Shown one piece after another: positions 20,112 to 30,846 of a stretch of 64,000 nt of DNA. The DNA comes from Spirochaetia bacterium (GTDB lineage: Bacteria; Spirochaetota; Spirochaetia; UBA9216). The stretch spans positions 4,416,001 through 4,480,000 of the forward strand of contig OY776510.1 of the NCBI GenBank assembly GCA_963675665.1. The letters are read 5' to 3'. Within the stretch, counting starts at the first letter, position 1; each line of letters begins with the position of its first letter. The translations under genes and the position numbers were made by a program. The notes under the pieces were generated by a model. That model did not search any database and was not told where the DNA came from. It saw only the letters and a program-made list of their open reading frames with translations.

Positions 20112-21102
20112 ATATAATATTTTTGAATTCTTCCTGTAGGTTTAGAACCTATTGGTTTTATCTTTCCCACAATATCATAATCTGTTACTAATTTTTCCAA
20201 ATATCCACCAATATCTTTCTCCAATATTGATTCTATTTCACTACGGGAAGTTCTTCCATCTGACATTAATTCCAATATCGAGAAATATGTCCCATATTCT
20301 TTTCCAAATTCCTCAATCAGAATTGTTCTTCCTTCTTCTATAAAAGGAGAATCAATTTCAAAATAAAAATCTAATATTTCTTCTTTAGAATATTTTCCAT
20401 TATCCAATAATATCTCTTGATATCTCGGAACTCCCCCTGTCAATAGATAATTTATAAATAAATTATCTAAACTATACTTCTTATTATCTAATAATATTTC
20501 CTTTATCACCTTAGGGGGAAAAGCCTTCAAGTATATAATTCTATCAGCTCTTCCAAATAGTGGCTCTTTGCTATTTTTGAATATTTTATGCATTAATGAA
20601 TAAATTGATCCAATAAATATTAGATGTACTTCTGAATTCCCTTTATATTCATCCCATAAACTTTGTATTTCTGAATATACGGAATCATTTATTTGAAAAA
20701 ACTCCTGAAACTCATCTATTATTACTACAATCTTTTCTTTTTTTCCTATTTCCATTATTAATTTGAATACATCTCGGAATTTTCTTATTTCCCCTATTAC
20801 TGGTATATTAAATTCTTCTTTGATTCTTTCAATAAATTCTTCACAAAGAAGTACTTCATCCTTCTTGGAAACGAATAGATACAGCGTTTTTTTTTCTTTT
20901 GCATATAATTTTGACAGTGATGTTTTCCCTATTCGCCTTCTACCTGTTATCACTGTCATGATTGATTTTTCTTTTGCCTGGTTATATTGCTTCTCGAGTA
21001 GCTCTAACTCGCGTTCTCGTGCATAAAATTTCACAAAACCCTCTTTTTGCGTAATATATTTTACTGTAACATACATTACTATGACGCGCAAGTCTTAATT
21101 AT

Positions 21103-21244
21103 TCATAACGACGAAATAAGTTGCGCCCTCGATCCTGAGCGAAGCGAAGGAATTGGCACTGTTTCTGAGTGAGGGCCATTGCCCGAACGTCTTCAGCAGA
21201 AACTGTGACAATAGACGGCGACAACTTCATTTCATTTGTTATAT
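21103..21244 (-). repeat. attC site 13 (divergent allele)
   Basis: TCATAAC...GTTATAT. Confidence 0.88.
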
Positions 21245-21333
21245 TGCTTATTTTCTATATATATTTATTACTCTAATTTTCTCAATATTTCTTTTTCTAT
21301 TCCCTATATTTTTTCTATCTCGATATTATAGTA

Positions 21334-22668
21334 CTATATTACTTCTTCCAATTTTCTATCTATATCTACAATTGAAAGTCCTTCATATTTACATTCATAT
21401 CCCTTATATTTCAGTAGCAAATTTTCTGTCTTTTCTTTCAATCTCTTAATATTTATCTTTTCTTTATTCATCTTCACTTCTGCAAAATATATTCTTTTAT
21501 CTATGTCATTTATTGCGACAATATCTATCTCATTCAAATTCCCTTTTTCCCAATATCTTCCAATAATTCCATATTCCGGATTATATCCAATTATTTCAAT
21601 AAACAATTTTTCTAATTTTGGTCCTGCAAATGTCGATAAATCCCGCTCTATCAATCTTTTTACATAATCAAATCTATCGGCGGATATCATTGTCATATTT
21701 TTATTTATAAATCTAAACCAGAATTCTATAAAATTATCTTTTATTATATATTTCTGATTTCTTGAATCCTTTTTTGCTCCTATAGGTCTTACTTTCTCTA
21801 ATATATCATATTCATTTTCTAACCTTTCTAAAAAACCGCCTACACTTTTCCCTATAACTGATTCTACTTCACTTCTTGAAGTTCGTCCTACTGATATTAA
21901 TTCCAAAATTGAAAAGTATTTTCCATATTCTTTCCCAAATTCCTGGATTAATAAATTCCGACCTTCTTCCAGGAAAAAGGAATCTTTCTGTAGAATATAG
22001 TCTATTATCTCTTCTTTATTATACTTTCTTGCTTCATTTAGTATTTCTATATATCTTGGAACTCCTCCTGTGATAAGATAGTTTATAAATAAATTTTCTT
22101 CATTATAATATTCATTTTCTATTAATACATCTTTTATTGTTGATACTTTAAATTGTTTTAAATATAAAATCCTATCAGCTCTACCATATAATGGTTCTTT
22201 TTCATTCTGAAATATTTCTTTCATTAAAGAATATATTGACCCTATAAATATTACATGAGTTTTTGTTTTAAATTTATATTTATCCCATATCCTTTGTATT
22301 TCAGAGTAAGTACTTTTATTTATATTTATAAATTCTTGAAATTCATCAATAATTAATACATATGGATGGTTTTCTCCATAGACCATTAGTAGTTCAAATA
22401 ATTCATGAAAATAATCTATTTTTCCTATAAACTTTTTCTGCGTTAATTCTTCATATTGAACTATAAACTCTTCGCAAAGAAGCCTTTCTTCTTTTTTATT
22501 TATGAAAAGATAAATATTCTCTTTATTTTCAGCATATTTTTGTGACAATACTGTTTTGCCAATACGACGGCGGCCTGTTATTACAGTTATTTTCCCATAA
22601 GATTTGCCACATTGAGCATAAATTTCTTCAAGTATATTTAATTCATCTGTTCTACCGTAAAATTTCAA
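21334..22668 (-). CDS. ATPase_2 + DUF234 protein
   Basis: FYGRTDEL; GRRRIGKT; IIDEFQ; EIDIVA..EVK; probable TTG start. Confidence 0.88.
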   Translation of the reverse strand: MKFYGRTDELNILEEIYAQCGKSYGKITVITGRRRIGKTVLSQKYAENKENIYLFINKKEERLLCEEFIVQYEELTQKKFIGKIDYFHELFELLMVYGENHPYVLIIDEFQEFININKSTYSEIQRIWDKYKFKTKTHVIFIGSIYSLMKEIFQNEKEPLYGRADRILYLKQFKVSTIKDVLIENEYYNEENLFINYLITGGVPRYIEILNEARKYNKEEIIDYILQKDSFFLEEGRNLLIQEFGKEYGKYFSILELISVGRTSRSEVESVIGKSVGGFLERLENEYDILEKVRPIGAKKDSRNQKYIIKDNFIEFWFRFINKNMTMISADRFDYVKRLIERDLSTFAGPKLEKLFIEIIGYNPEYGIIGRYWEKGNLNEIDIVAINDIDKRIYFAEVKMNKEKINIKRLKEKTENLLLKYKGYECKYEGLSIVDIDRKLEEVI

Positions 22669-22731
22669 TGCAATCCTCATTACTGTAATATGTATTGCAT
22701 TATATCATTTTATCCCAAATTCCGCAAGTCA

Positions 22732-22867
22732 ATATAACGACGATTTGAGTAGCAAAATTGGTCCGCGTCTTCGCGGAACTGGCGCGATTCTGGAGTGAGC
22801 GATCAGCGAACGTCTTTAGCCAGAATCGTGACAATAAATTTTGACTACTCCAAATCTCTTGTTAAAT
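22732..22867 (-). repeat. attC site 14
   Basis: ATATAAC...GTTAAAT. Confidence 0.9.
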
Positions 22868-23047
22868 GCTGATAATATATACTCATTTAGAAAATAAAAA
22901 TGAGCATAGTGGCTAACCCCGTAAGGGCGAAGCTTATCTTCCCTTGTTATATACAGTTTCTACAGTTTCTAATGGTTGTCTAAAAAATACATTTATCAAA
23001 TACAAGGATGTATTTGATATCAGAATAATTTAGATTAAATCGCTTTA

Positions 23048-24091
23048 TTAATATTGATCTTTTATAGAAAGTTCATTGGCCAAGTCACTACACCCATCCA
23101 ACATTGAATCGACAGTTAAATAAATACCACGAGCAGATAAAAATGTCTCGTTAGATTCAATATCTATCAACTGAGCATTAATTACAAAACGAGAACCAAC
23201 ATTACCTAAACTTCCAACTACCATATAATCAGCAGAAAGAGCCTTCCCCATCTCTAATTGGCATGAAACATCAGTACAACCTGTCATTGAATACTTTATC
23301 TCACTTAAAGTAGCTTCACGCTGTGATCTATCTATAATTCTATAGTAACCTGTATCAAATAATGCGCCACTTAGATAATCTACAAGAAAATTTGCTTCAT
23401 TTTCTGAAATGCCTTCATATTCAAAATCAAATACTGTTAGAATTGGAAGATCATCTCTATTAATAACAATATTTTCACTTTTTGCGGCTTCAGCCTTGTC
23501 TCGCAACTGTTTTTGATATATTTCTCTTGAAATACTAACTTCTTTTTCAATTTCAGTAAAAGAAAGTGAATATTCTAAGGCAGATAATGAAGCCGCTATG
23601 CATTTGAACATTTCTTCACCAACATTAGAGCTAATGTTAAAAACAGAAAACTCATCAGATATGCAGGAACCCTCCAACTTGACATCAAACAGTTCATCGC
23701 CAGTGTATGCATCATTTATTGAAAAATCATACCTAATTTGAGATTCTATAGTTATATTAAAACCTGCTGGCCATTTAACGTAAGCATTCCTTACATTTAC
23801 TATAATATCAATATCAGGTTCATTACTTTCAATCAAGCCAATACCATTTAGAATTGTATTAAAATTTTTACGCGTAATTTCTGAAATTGTTTGATCTGAT
23901 TTATAAGATTCATTTTCATTTACAAAAATGAAATTACTTCCAATATTACTTTGATCTTTGACTGTCAAGCGATAAGTTAAATCATCAACATAATCCCAGT
24001 GCGTATTATGATATCGAGTTGGTGTGTCAATATGTATTGTAGTACATCCAGAAAGTATAATCATAATGATAAAGAATAATAATTTTTTCAT
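23048..24091 (-). CDS. Lipoprotein with C-terminal CsgG/TolB_N-like domain
   Basis: Lipobox ILSGC; C-terminal IIDRSQ..LSE...GC.D..C..EMGK.L.ADY.V.GS. Confidence 0.75.
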   Translation of the reverse strand: MKKLLFFIIMIILSGCTTIHIDTPTRYHNTHWDYVDDLTYRLTVKDQSNIGSNFIFVNENESYKSDQTISEITRKNFNTILNGIGLIESNEPDIDIIVNVRNAYVKWPAGFNITIESQIRYDFSINDAYTGDELFDVKLEGSCISDEFSVFNISSNVGEEMFKCIAASLSALEYSLSFTEIEKEVSISREIYQKQLRDKAEAAKSENIVINRDDLPILTVFDFEYEGISENEANFLVDYLSGALFDTGYYRIIDRSQREATLSEIKYSMTGCTDVSCQLEMGKALSADYMVVGSLGNVGSRFVINAQLIDIESNETFLSARGIYLTVDSMLDGCSDLANELSIKDQY

Positions 24092-24401
24092 TAAAAGGAC
24101 TTTTAATTTTTTCATAATATGAAGAAAGTATACTTTATGTTTATAAATTTATCAATTTATAAATTTACACTATAGCAAGCAATAGATTTTAATACTCTAT
24201 CTAAAAGCAAATTATTAAAAGATGATATCCTAAAATATACTTAAATCTATTAATAAGCCCGCCATGGACGGCGGGCTCTTCCTTAAACAATCCCAACCAT
24301 GACAAAAATTGCGTCTAACGTTGCGGGAATATAAAACGTTTTTATTTTTCTAATTGATTCTACCACACCCATCATTTTCCCGAAACTGAAAAATCCCGTG
24401 C

Positions 24402-24543
24402 ATTTAACGACAATTTTAGCTGCCTGGCGGCGCGAGTCTTTCGAGCACATTGGCGTGATTCTGGAGTGGAGCGCGATCAGCGCGAAACGTCTTTAGCCAG
24501 AATCATGACAATAGCCAGGACTGCTACAAATTTCATGTTTTGT
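24402..24543 (-). repeat. attC site 15 (allele of the ORF-less cassette)
   Basis: ATTTAAC...GTTTTGT. Confidence 0.9.
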
Positions 24544-25027
24544 GTAACGGCCCCATACTCACTACTTTCATCTACATTCATAATTATCCTTTTTCTTACT
24601 TTGCCCCTTCTTTACCCAGCGTTCTCGCTGGGTTCATCCCAATTAATCATACAATGATTTCCTCTTTGTAGGTATTTTTATTTTTAAACAATAACTACTG
24701 TTCTGTTTCTTAACATTTTACTTCTTCATTTCCGTAATATTCATTTTAAACATTTGGCCGCTAAAATTTTACGCAGGTTAGCTGTGATTTTTTTGAGAAG
24801 CTTAAAATAGGACATAGATACGAATACGTTTCACGTCGGAGGTTATGGGAAACTATCGAAAACAGGATGATTAACTCCATAAACTTCTTTATTCAACCTG
24901 CAAATTATTGTTCTATCAAAGAACTGAATCAAATATTTTCTTTTTAATATGTTTTTCACTTATGTGTCATTCTAAACGGGAACCATATAAAATCTTTATT
25001 TTAGCCCAATTCTCGTTTACACAAAAC
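24537..25027 (-). other. ORF-less gene cassette, copy 2
   Basis: Near-identical to 12479-12969. Confidence 0.88.
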
Positions 25028-25161
25028 GACGTTTTGAGCTGCCTGGCGGCGCGTGTCTTCACGCGCATTGGCGTGATTCTGGAGTGTAGCGCGATCAGCG
25101 CGAAACGTCTTCAGCCAGAATCATGACAATAGCCAGGACTGCTCCAAAACTTTTGTTATAT
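25021..25161 (-). repeat. attC site 16
   Basis: ACAAAAC...GTTATAT. Confidence 0.9.
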
Positions 25162-26322
25162 TGAGTTTTTCACTATTCCATCATATATATTGTTCCATGA
25201 TACTACATTCATGCCATTTCTTTTTAAATTTTCATTTCCTCCATATATTAAATACATATTTTCTTTATCTATCTTTGATAATTCACTCCAATATTTTAAA
25301 CCATCAAAATGTTTTTCATTCACTGTTTCACTGGATTTTATTTCTATTCCATATTTTTTAATTCCAAAATCAATTATTAGATCGATTTCTTTTTTATGAT
25401 TGTCTCTCCAATAATATAATTCATATTTCTCTCCAACATTATAATTTGCTTTAATCACTTCATTTATTATAAATGTTTCGAATATATTACCTTTTAAGAA
25501 ATGATAATCCAGTTCTTCTTTTTTTCTTATTCCTAATAGACTGCAAACTAAACCTGTATCGGTAAAATATATTTTAGGTGATTTAACCAATCTTTTATTA
25601 TAATTATTATAAAATGGTTTTAATCTATAAATTATAAAACTTGTCTCTAATATTGAAATCCATTCAATTATCGTTGCATGAGATACTCCACAATCTTCAC
25701 CAATTGTCTTTAAATTTAATTCTTGACCAGTTCTCCCCGCAAGAATCTTCATAAATTTTATAAATACCTCTAATTTCATTACTTTTTTTAATTGTCTTAA
25801 ATCTTTCTCAATATACGTGGATATATAATTCTTATAAAATACGTCTGCTCTAATATTCTGATCATAAATTCTTGGGTAAAATCCTTTAAAGATTAGTTCA
25901 TTTTTATCAATTTTTAGCTTATCAATTTCTTTTATCGAAAATGGAAGCAATTTAGAAATACCTACTCTTCCAGCCAATGATTGACTAATCTGTTCCATCA
26001 ATAAAAAGTTGTGAGATCCTGTTATTACAATTCGTCCATTTTTCTTTAGTTTATCCACATGAGTTTGCAGATAGCTTATTAATTTCGGATTTCTCTGTAT
26101 TTCATCAAAGATTACATTCTCACTATACCTATTTAAAAATCCTCGAGGATCTGATTCCGCAAACTCATAAACATCGTAATCTTCAAATGAAATATATTCA
26201 TAATTAGAGAAAATCTTCTGCGAAAGCGTAGTTTTCCCAGATTGTCGTGGTCCTAATATAGCTATTATTGGGAATTCATTTTTTAGAATGTTAATTTCTT
26301 TTTCGATTTGTCTATCTATCAT
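25156..26322 (-). CDS. AAA_14 ATPase + DUF4143 protein
   Basis: GPRQSGKT; DEIQ; KSPKIYFTDTG; EIDLI..IEIK. Confidence 0.9.
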   Translation of the reverse strand: MIDRQIEKEINILKNEFPIIAILGPRQSGKTTLSQKIFSNYEYISFEDYDVYEFAESDPRGFLNRYSENVIFDEIQRNPKLISYLQTHVDKLKKNGRIVITGSHNFLLMEQISQSLAGRVGISKLLPFSIKEIDKLKIDKNELIFKGFYPRIYDQNIRADVFYKNYISTYIEKDLRQLKKVMKLEVFIKFMKILAGRTGQELNLKTIGEDCGVSHATIIEWISILETSFIIYRLKPFYNNYNKRLVKSPKIYFTDTGLVCSLLGIRKKEELDYHFLKGNIFETFIINEVIKANYNVGEKYELYYWRDNHKKEIDLIIDFGIKKYGIEIKSSETVNEKHFDGLKYWSELSKIDKENMYLIYGGNENLKRNGMNVVSWNNIYDGIVKNSI

Positions 26323-26417
26323 CGTACAATTTTATCACATATGTACATTTTGTCAATCTTTTCTACACTCTACACTGTTCAGACCGAGCATTGTACACAC
26401 ATTTCTAATAGTTCCAT

Positions 26418-27617
26418 CTACAGTCTCGGTACGTAACTGTATTCCTGAATATCATACACCTGAAGTGCTGTTTCGTCCAAATATCCTAACCAATAATTCC
26501 GATAATACAGACGGTAAATACCTTCTCCTATCTCCTCCAATCCTACATCTTTACCCTTTAAAGCGGTTGTTACAAAAATCTGATCTGTTCTTCCTACTCT
26601 TATTATTCCGTTATTGCAGACATGCTTTATCTTATAATCTACTGGATATTCCCATTTCTCTATTTCTTCTTCATAGACTCTTTTAGACTTCTCATGAACA
26701 CTATTCGGCGTCTTCATACCTAAGGCCTCGTGTGGTCTTTCGTTATTATAAAACTTTTTAAACTTGTTGAATCGAACCTGCTGTGCTTGAAGATTCTTAC
26801 TTGGTCTTTGACATGTTGCAGCTTTCAATTCTCTATGCATTCTTTCATGTCTACCATTCTGTTCCGGGTGGCCAGGATCTGAATAGACTGGTTTCACTCC
26901 TAAGTCCATCAACCATACCCCGAAAGCTGTTAGTCGTCCTAAAGCTCTTACGTTTGCAAAAGGCACTCCGTTGTCGGTATGCAGCTGTAAAGGTAGTCCA
27001 TAGACTTCAAATATACCTTTGAAAATTGCCTTAACAGTTTCATAATCTGTTTTATGCAAACCTTTTATCTCGATTATTATTCGCGATTTACTATCACACA
27101 CGGTTAGAGGATAACAGTACTTTCCGTTACCCATCCTGAATTGACCTTTGAAATCAGCACTCCATACTTCGTTAGGTTCCTGCGGATCAAAAATTGGTTT
27201 TTCCGATTCTACTTTCTTTCTTTTTTTCCGTTCAGGAATTAATCCATTTCGCTTCAATATCAAGCTGACTGTTGAGCGTGCTGGTAGCTTTTCGTAAACC
27301 CCTTCTTTTTCTAATTTCCAGAGTATCTTACTTGCTCCCCAGTTTTTAGTTTCTTTAGTTGTTCGTATTTTTATTATTGCGTCTTCGATTGCTTTTGGTG
27401 TCTTACTGGGAATGTGGTGTGGAATTGTCGGCTGATTCTTTAAACCTTCCATTCCCCATTTTTCATACTTTTCTACATAACGGTATCCGGTAGTTCTTGT
27501 AATATTGAACTCTCGACACAGATGACTGAAACTATACTGACCGGATTTCCAAAGTAGAATAAATTCCTTCTTCTGATCCATTGCCGTAGTCTCCATCACT
27601 GGCATAATATCCTCCAA
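26418..27617 (-). CDS. IS481-family transposase (second type); element ends uncertain, ~26376-27702
   Basis: WSADFKG; TDNGVPF; PEQNGRHERMH; YNNERPHEAL. Confidence 0.9.
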   Translation of the reverse strand: MEDIMPVMETTAMDQKKEFILLWKSGQYSFSHLCREFNITRTTGYRYVEKYEKWGMEGLKNQPTIPHHIPSKTPKAIEDAIIKIRTTKETKNWGASKILWKLEKEGVYEKLPARSTVSLILKRNGLIPERKKRKKVESEKPIFDPQEPNEVWSADFKGQFRMGNGKYCYPLTVCDSKSRIIIEIKGLHKTDYETVKAIFKGIFEVYGLPLQLHTDNGVPFANVRALGRLTAFGVWLMDLGVKPVYSDPGHPEQNGRHERMHRELKAATCQRPSKNLQAQQVRFNKFKKFYNNERPHEALGMKTPNSVHEKSKRVYEEEIEKWEYPVDYKIKHVCNNGIIRVGRTDQIFVTTALKGKDVGLEEIGEGIYRLYYRNYWLGYLDETALQVYDIQEYSYVPRL

Positions 27618-27699
27618 TCCAGGATTTCTATATGCCTTTCATTGTACACCCACTTATTAGAAAAATGCTGATAATCTTACAAGCCTGTACCTGATATCT

Positions 27700-27835
27700 A
27701 CATAACGACGATTTGAGTAGCAAAATTGTTCGGCGTCTTCGCCGAATTGGCGCGATTCTGGAGTGAGCGATCAGCGAACGTCTTTAGCCAGAATCGTGAC
27801 AATAAATTTTGACTACTCCAAATCTCTTGTTATAC
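27700..27835 (-). repeat. attC site 17
   Basis: ACATAAC...GTTATAC. Confidence 0.9.
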
Positions 27836-29026
27836 AGGTTTTTCTATTTCTTGATATTTCTCTAATTCATCTAATTTAAACACTGAATCTATTACAATTT
27901 TTTCTTCTGCCTTCGTTTTCTCAAATAATGCCTTTTGTTTATCATTCATATATGAATTATATTTGGACTCTATTAAAAGATCCAAATTCTTTATATAAAA
28001 ATCTATTTCTATCCCATCTTCATATAAATAATAAATATCGTGTTGTTTCATTTTGAGAAACAAATAATTTTCAAAATAGCTCCCAAAATCCCTTGCTCCT
28101 GTAAAACAATGTTTTATTCCTAAGTCATTACAATATATTTTTTTAGGAGATAATATCTTTTCATTTGTTTTTCCATATCTTGATAATAATTGTATTAAGA
28201 ACGTATCATTAAAATAGTATAAATACTTTCGAGCAGAATTTACCGATATTTTCAAAATATTAGCGATCTTATTAATGCTTAATTGTTTACCACTTCTTTC
28301 CATCAATAATAAAAAGTAATCCTTTATCATTTGGGGATCTTTAATTGAATGTTCCGATATAATATCTTTATGTAAGATATCATCAACCAAACTAAATAAA
28401 AATTCTCTTTCTTCATTCAATACATAGTACGGGATTCCTCCTACCTTAAGAAAATCATCAAAATATGGTTCAAGCAATTTATTATCTTTTCTTGATATTT
28501 TAATATCCTTAAAATATAGATATTCATCAAAATCCAAGGGTTTTACTTCATAGATATATGCCCTTCCAGTTAAAAAAGCTTTTCTATCTTTCAACTTTAT
28601 ACTTGAAGATGATGAAGCATATACTTTTGCATTCTGCCTATCATGGATATTTTTCAATTGTTGATGGAAATCTTCTTTATATATTACTTCATCTAAAAAC
28701 AGGTAGACTTTATCATCAACCGGAATCCGATGTAATTTCCTATATTCATCCAATACATCCAGGATTGAATTATCTTTAAATACATAATCGTCTAAACTGA
28801 CATATAAGACATGATTTGCTGAAATACTCATTTCTTCTATTAATTCCTTGATAATCAACTTCATCAAGGTTGTTTTCCCAATACGTCGTAATCCTGTTAG
28901 AAAAATAATATGCTCATTTTGCAGATTTCTACGAAGTAACTCGAGATATTTCTTTCTGGGTATAATCCTATCTAATGAAAACTCACCTTCCCACCATGGG
29001 TTATATTGGTATAATGCATCTATCAT
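27830..29026 (-). CDS. AAA_14 ATPase + DUF4143 protein
   Basis: NPWW; GLRRIGKT; LDEV; KKIYCNDLG; EIDF..IESK. Confidence 0.88.
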   Translation of the reverse strand: MIDALYQYNPWWEGEFSLDRIIPRKKYLELLRRNLQNEHIIFLTGLRRIGKTTLMKLIIKELIEEMSISANHVLYVSLDDYVFKDNSILDVLDEYRKLHRIPVDDKVYLFLDEVIYKEDFHQQLKNIHDRQNAKVYASSSSSIKLKDRKAFLTGRAYIYEVKPLDFDEYLYFKDIKISRKDNKLLEPYFDDFLKVGGIPYYVLNEEREFLFSLVDDILHKDIISEHSIKDPQMIKDYFLLLMERSGKQLSINKIANILKISVNSARKYLYYFNDTFLIQLLSRYGKTNEKILSPKKIYCNDLGIKHCFTGARDFGSYFENYLFLKMKQHDIYYLYEDGIEIDFYIKNLDLLIESKYNSYMNDKQKALFEKTKAEEKIVIDSVFKLDELEKYQEIEKPV

Positions 29027-29106
29027 ATTATTATTTTATCACTAAATGCATATCCTTGCAACTTTTTATACTTTCTAAAAGTATATTATAACCATTTCTT
29101 AACTCT

Positions 29107-29248
29107 GTATAACGACAATTTTAGCTGCCTGGCGGCGCGAGTCTTTCGAGCGCATTGGCGTGATTCTGGAGTGCAGCGCGATCAGCGCGAAACGTCTTTA
29201 GCCAGAATCATGACAATAGCCAGGACTGCTACAAATTTCATGTTTTGT
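29107..29248 (-). repeat. attC site 18 (allele of the ORF-less cassette)
   Basis: GTATAAC...GTTTTGT. Confidence 0.9.
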
Positions 29249-29731
29249 GTAACGACCCCATATCAACTACTTTCTTTTATCTTAACAGTATCCTTTTTAT
29301 TACTTTGCTCCTTCTTTACCCAGCGTTCTTGCTGGGTTCATCCCAATTAATCATACAACGATTTCCTCTTTGCAGGTATTTTTATTTTTAAACAATAACT
29401 ACTGTTCTGTTTCTTAACATTTTACTTCTTCATTTCCGTAATATTCATTTTAAACATTTGGCCGCTAAAATTTTACGCAGGTTAGCTGTGATTTTTTTGA
29501 GAAGCTTAAAATAGGACATAGATACGAATACGTTTCACGTCGGAGGTTATGGGAAACTATCGAAAACAGGATGATTAACTCCATAAACTTCTTTATTCAA
29601 CCTGCAAATTATTGTTCTATCAAAGAACTGAATCAAATATTTTCTTTTTAATATGTTTTTCACTTATGTGTCATTCTAAACGGGAACCATATAAAATCTT
29701 TATTTTAGCCCAATTCTCGTTTACACAAAAC
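29242..29731 (-). other. ORF-less gene cassette, copy 3 (slightly diverged near its attC)
   Basis: Matches copies 1 and 2 except mainly the first ~70 bp. Confidence 0.88.
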
Positions 29732-29863
29732 GACGTTTTGAGTAGCAAAATCGGCCGAGTCTTCGAGGCTTGGCGCAGTTCTGGAACGCAGCGCGATCAG
29801 CGCGGAGTGTCTTTAGCCAGAACTGTGACAAAGATTTTGACTACTCCAAATCTCTTGTTATAT
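29725..29863 (-). repeat. attC site 19
   Basis: ACAAAAC...GTTATAT. Confidence 0.9.
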
Positions 29864-30169
29864 AGCCTTTTCTTCTTTTAATAATCTTATTGATTTCATA
29901 ATTTCTTGTTTTTCAAATAATTGATTCGTAATATATTTATGTAGAACCGTTGTAATAAGAGTCTGATATGGTAAACCTTCTTGTTCAGCTTTTTCCTTCA
30001 ATTTTTCAAGATCATAATTTGTTATTCTTAAACTTATCGCTTTATTCTTTTTAGCTTCAGAAATTATTCCTTCTATTCTCTTCCTTTTTTCTCCATCTAC
30101 GGATTTATATGTTACTATCTCATTTTCGATCATTGTTTCTTCATCATTCAATTTATATTCAGTTCTCAT
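29858..30169 (-). CDS. Antitoxin with RHH (BrnA/CopG-like)
   Basis: AISLRITNYDLEKLKEKA..EGLPYQTL. Confidence 0.83.
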   Translation of the reverse strand: MRTEYKLNDEETMIENEIVTYKSVDGEKRKRIEGIISEAKKNKAISLRITNYDLEKLKEKAEQEGLPYQTLITTVLHKYITNQLFEKQEIMKSIRLLKEEKAI

Positions 30170-30437
30170 TATTCTCTCCTTTATATTTCTTATTATATTT
30201 CCTACTTGGAAAAGCTGTTTTTAAGACAATGTTTTCAACATCATCAATAAGAAATGGTACTATCCAAATATATTCTTCAATATTAACTACAAAGTACAGT
30301 TGTCCTTCTCTAACGGGATTTTCTAGAATATCAAGATATTCTCCATCCATTATCATTTGGCTTATCTCTTCAAAAGAGATATTACGCTCTAACATTAGTT
30401 TCTCATTTTTTTCTTTATCCCAAATGATATTTCTCAT
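30159..30437 (-). CDS. BrnT-like toxin
   Basis: WDKEKNEKL..ERNISFEE...LKTAFPSRK. Confidence 0.82.
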   Translation of the reverse strand: MRNIIWDKEKNEKLMLERNISFEEISQMIMDGEYLDILENPVREGQLYFVVNIEEYIWIVPFLIDDVENIVLKTAFPSRKYNKKYKGENNEN

Positions 30438-30700
30438 AATTAATAATACCTATTTGTATATACATTGTCAACTTTTTATTACTTTCTCAGACAAATTCCA
30501 TATATCTTTCTATCTTGGTCTATGAATCTCATAAAATTTATTCCAACTTTCTGTTAATTCCTTATATATTAAATATTTAATGGATCTTACAAGGCTGATA
30601 ATCATTAAGAATAAATAAATCCTCTTCGATTCTTAAATTCTATATATCATCCACATATCGGAATTTTCTATTCAAAGATGTTGATTCAACTCTGGAGGCT

Positions 30701-30839
30701 ATATAACGACGATTTGAGTAGCAAAATCGTTCCGCGTCCTCGCGGAATTGGCGTGATTCTGGAGTGAGGGCCATTGCCCGAACGTCTTTAGCCAGAATCA
30801 TGCCAATAGATTTTGACTACTCCAAAACTTTTGTTATGT
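30701..30839 (-). repeat. attC site 20
   Basis: ATATAAC...GTTATGT. Confidence 0.9.
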
Positions 30840-30846
30840 GTTCATT

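Larger units (their letters stand above)
18416..21034 (-). pseudogene. ATPase_2 + DUF234 protein interrupted by IS4 copy 3
   Basis: N-part VKFYARE..GRRRIGKT..IIDEFQ; C-part KDNFLKFWFRF...DIDDVLEEKYS* resumes below 18836, with its stop in the attC. Confidence 0.87.
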
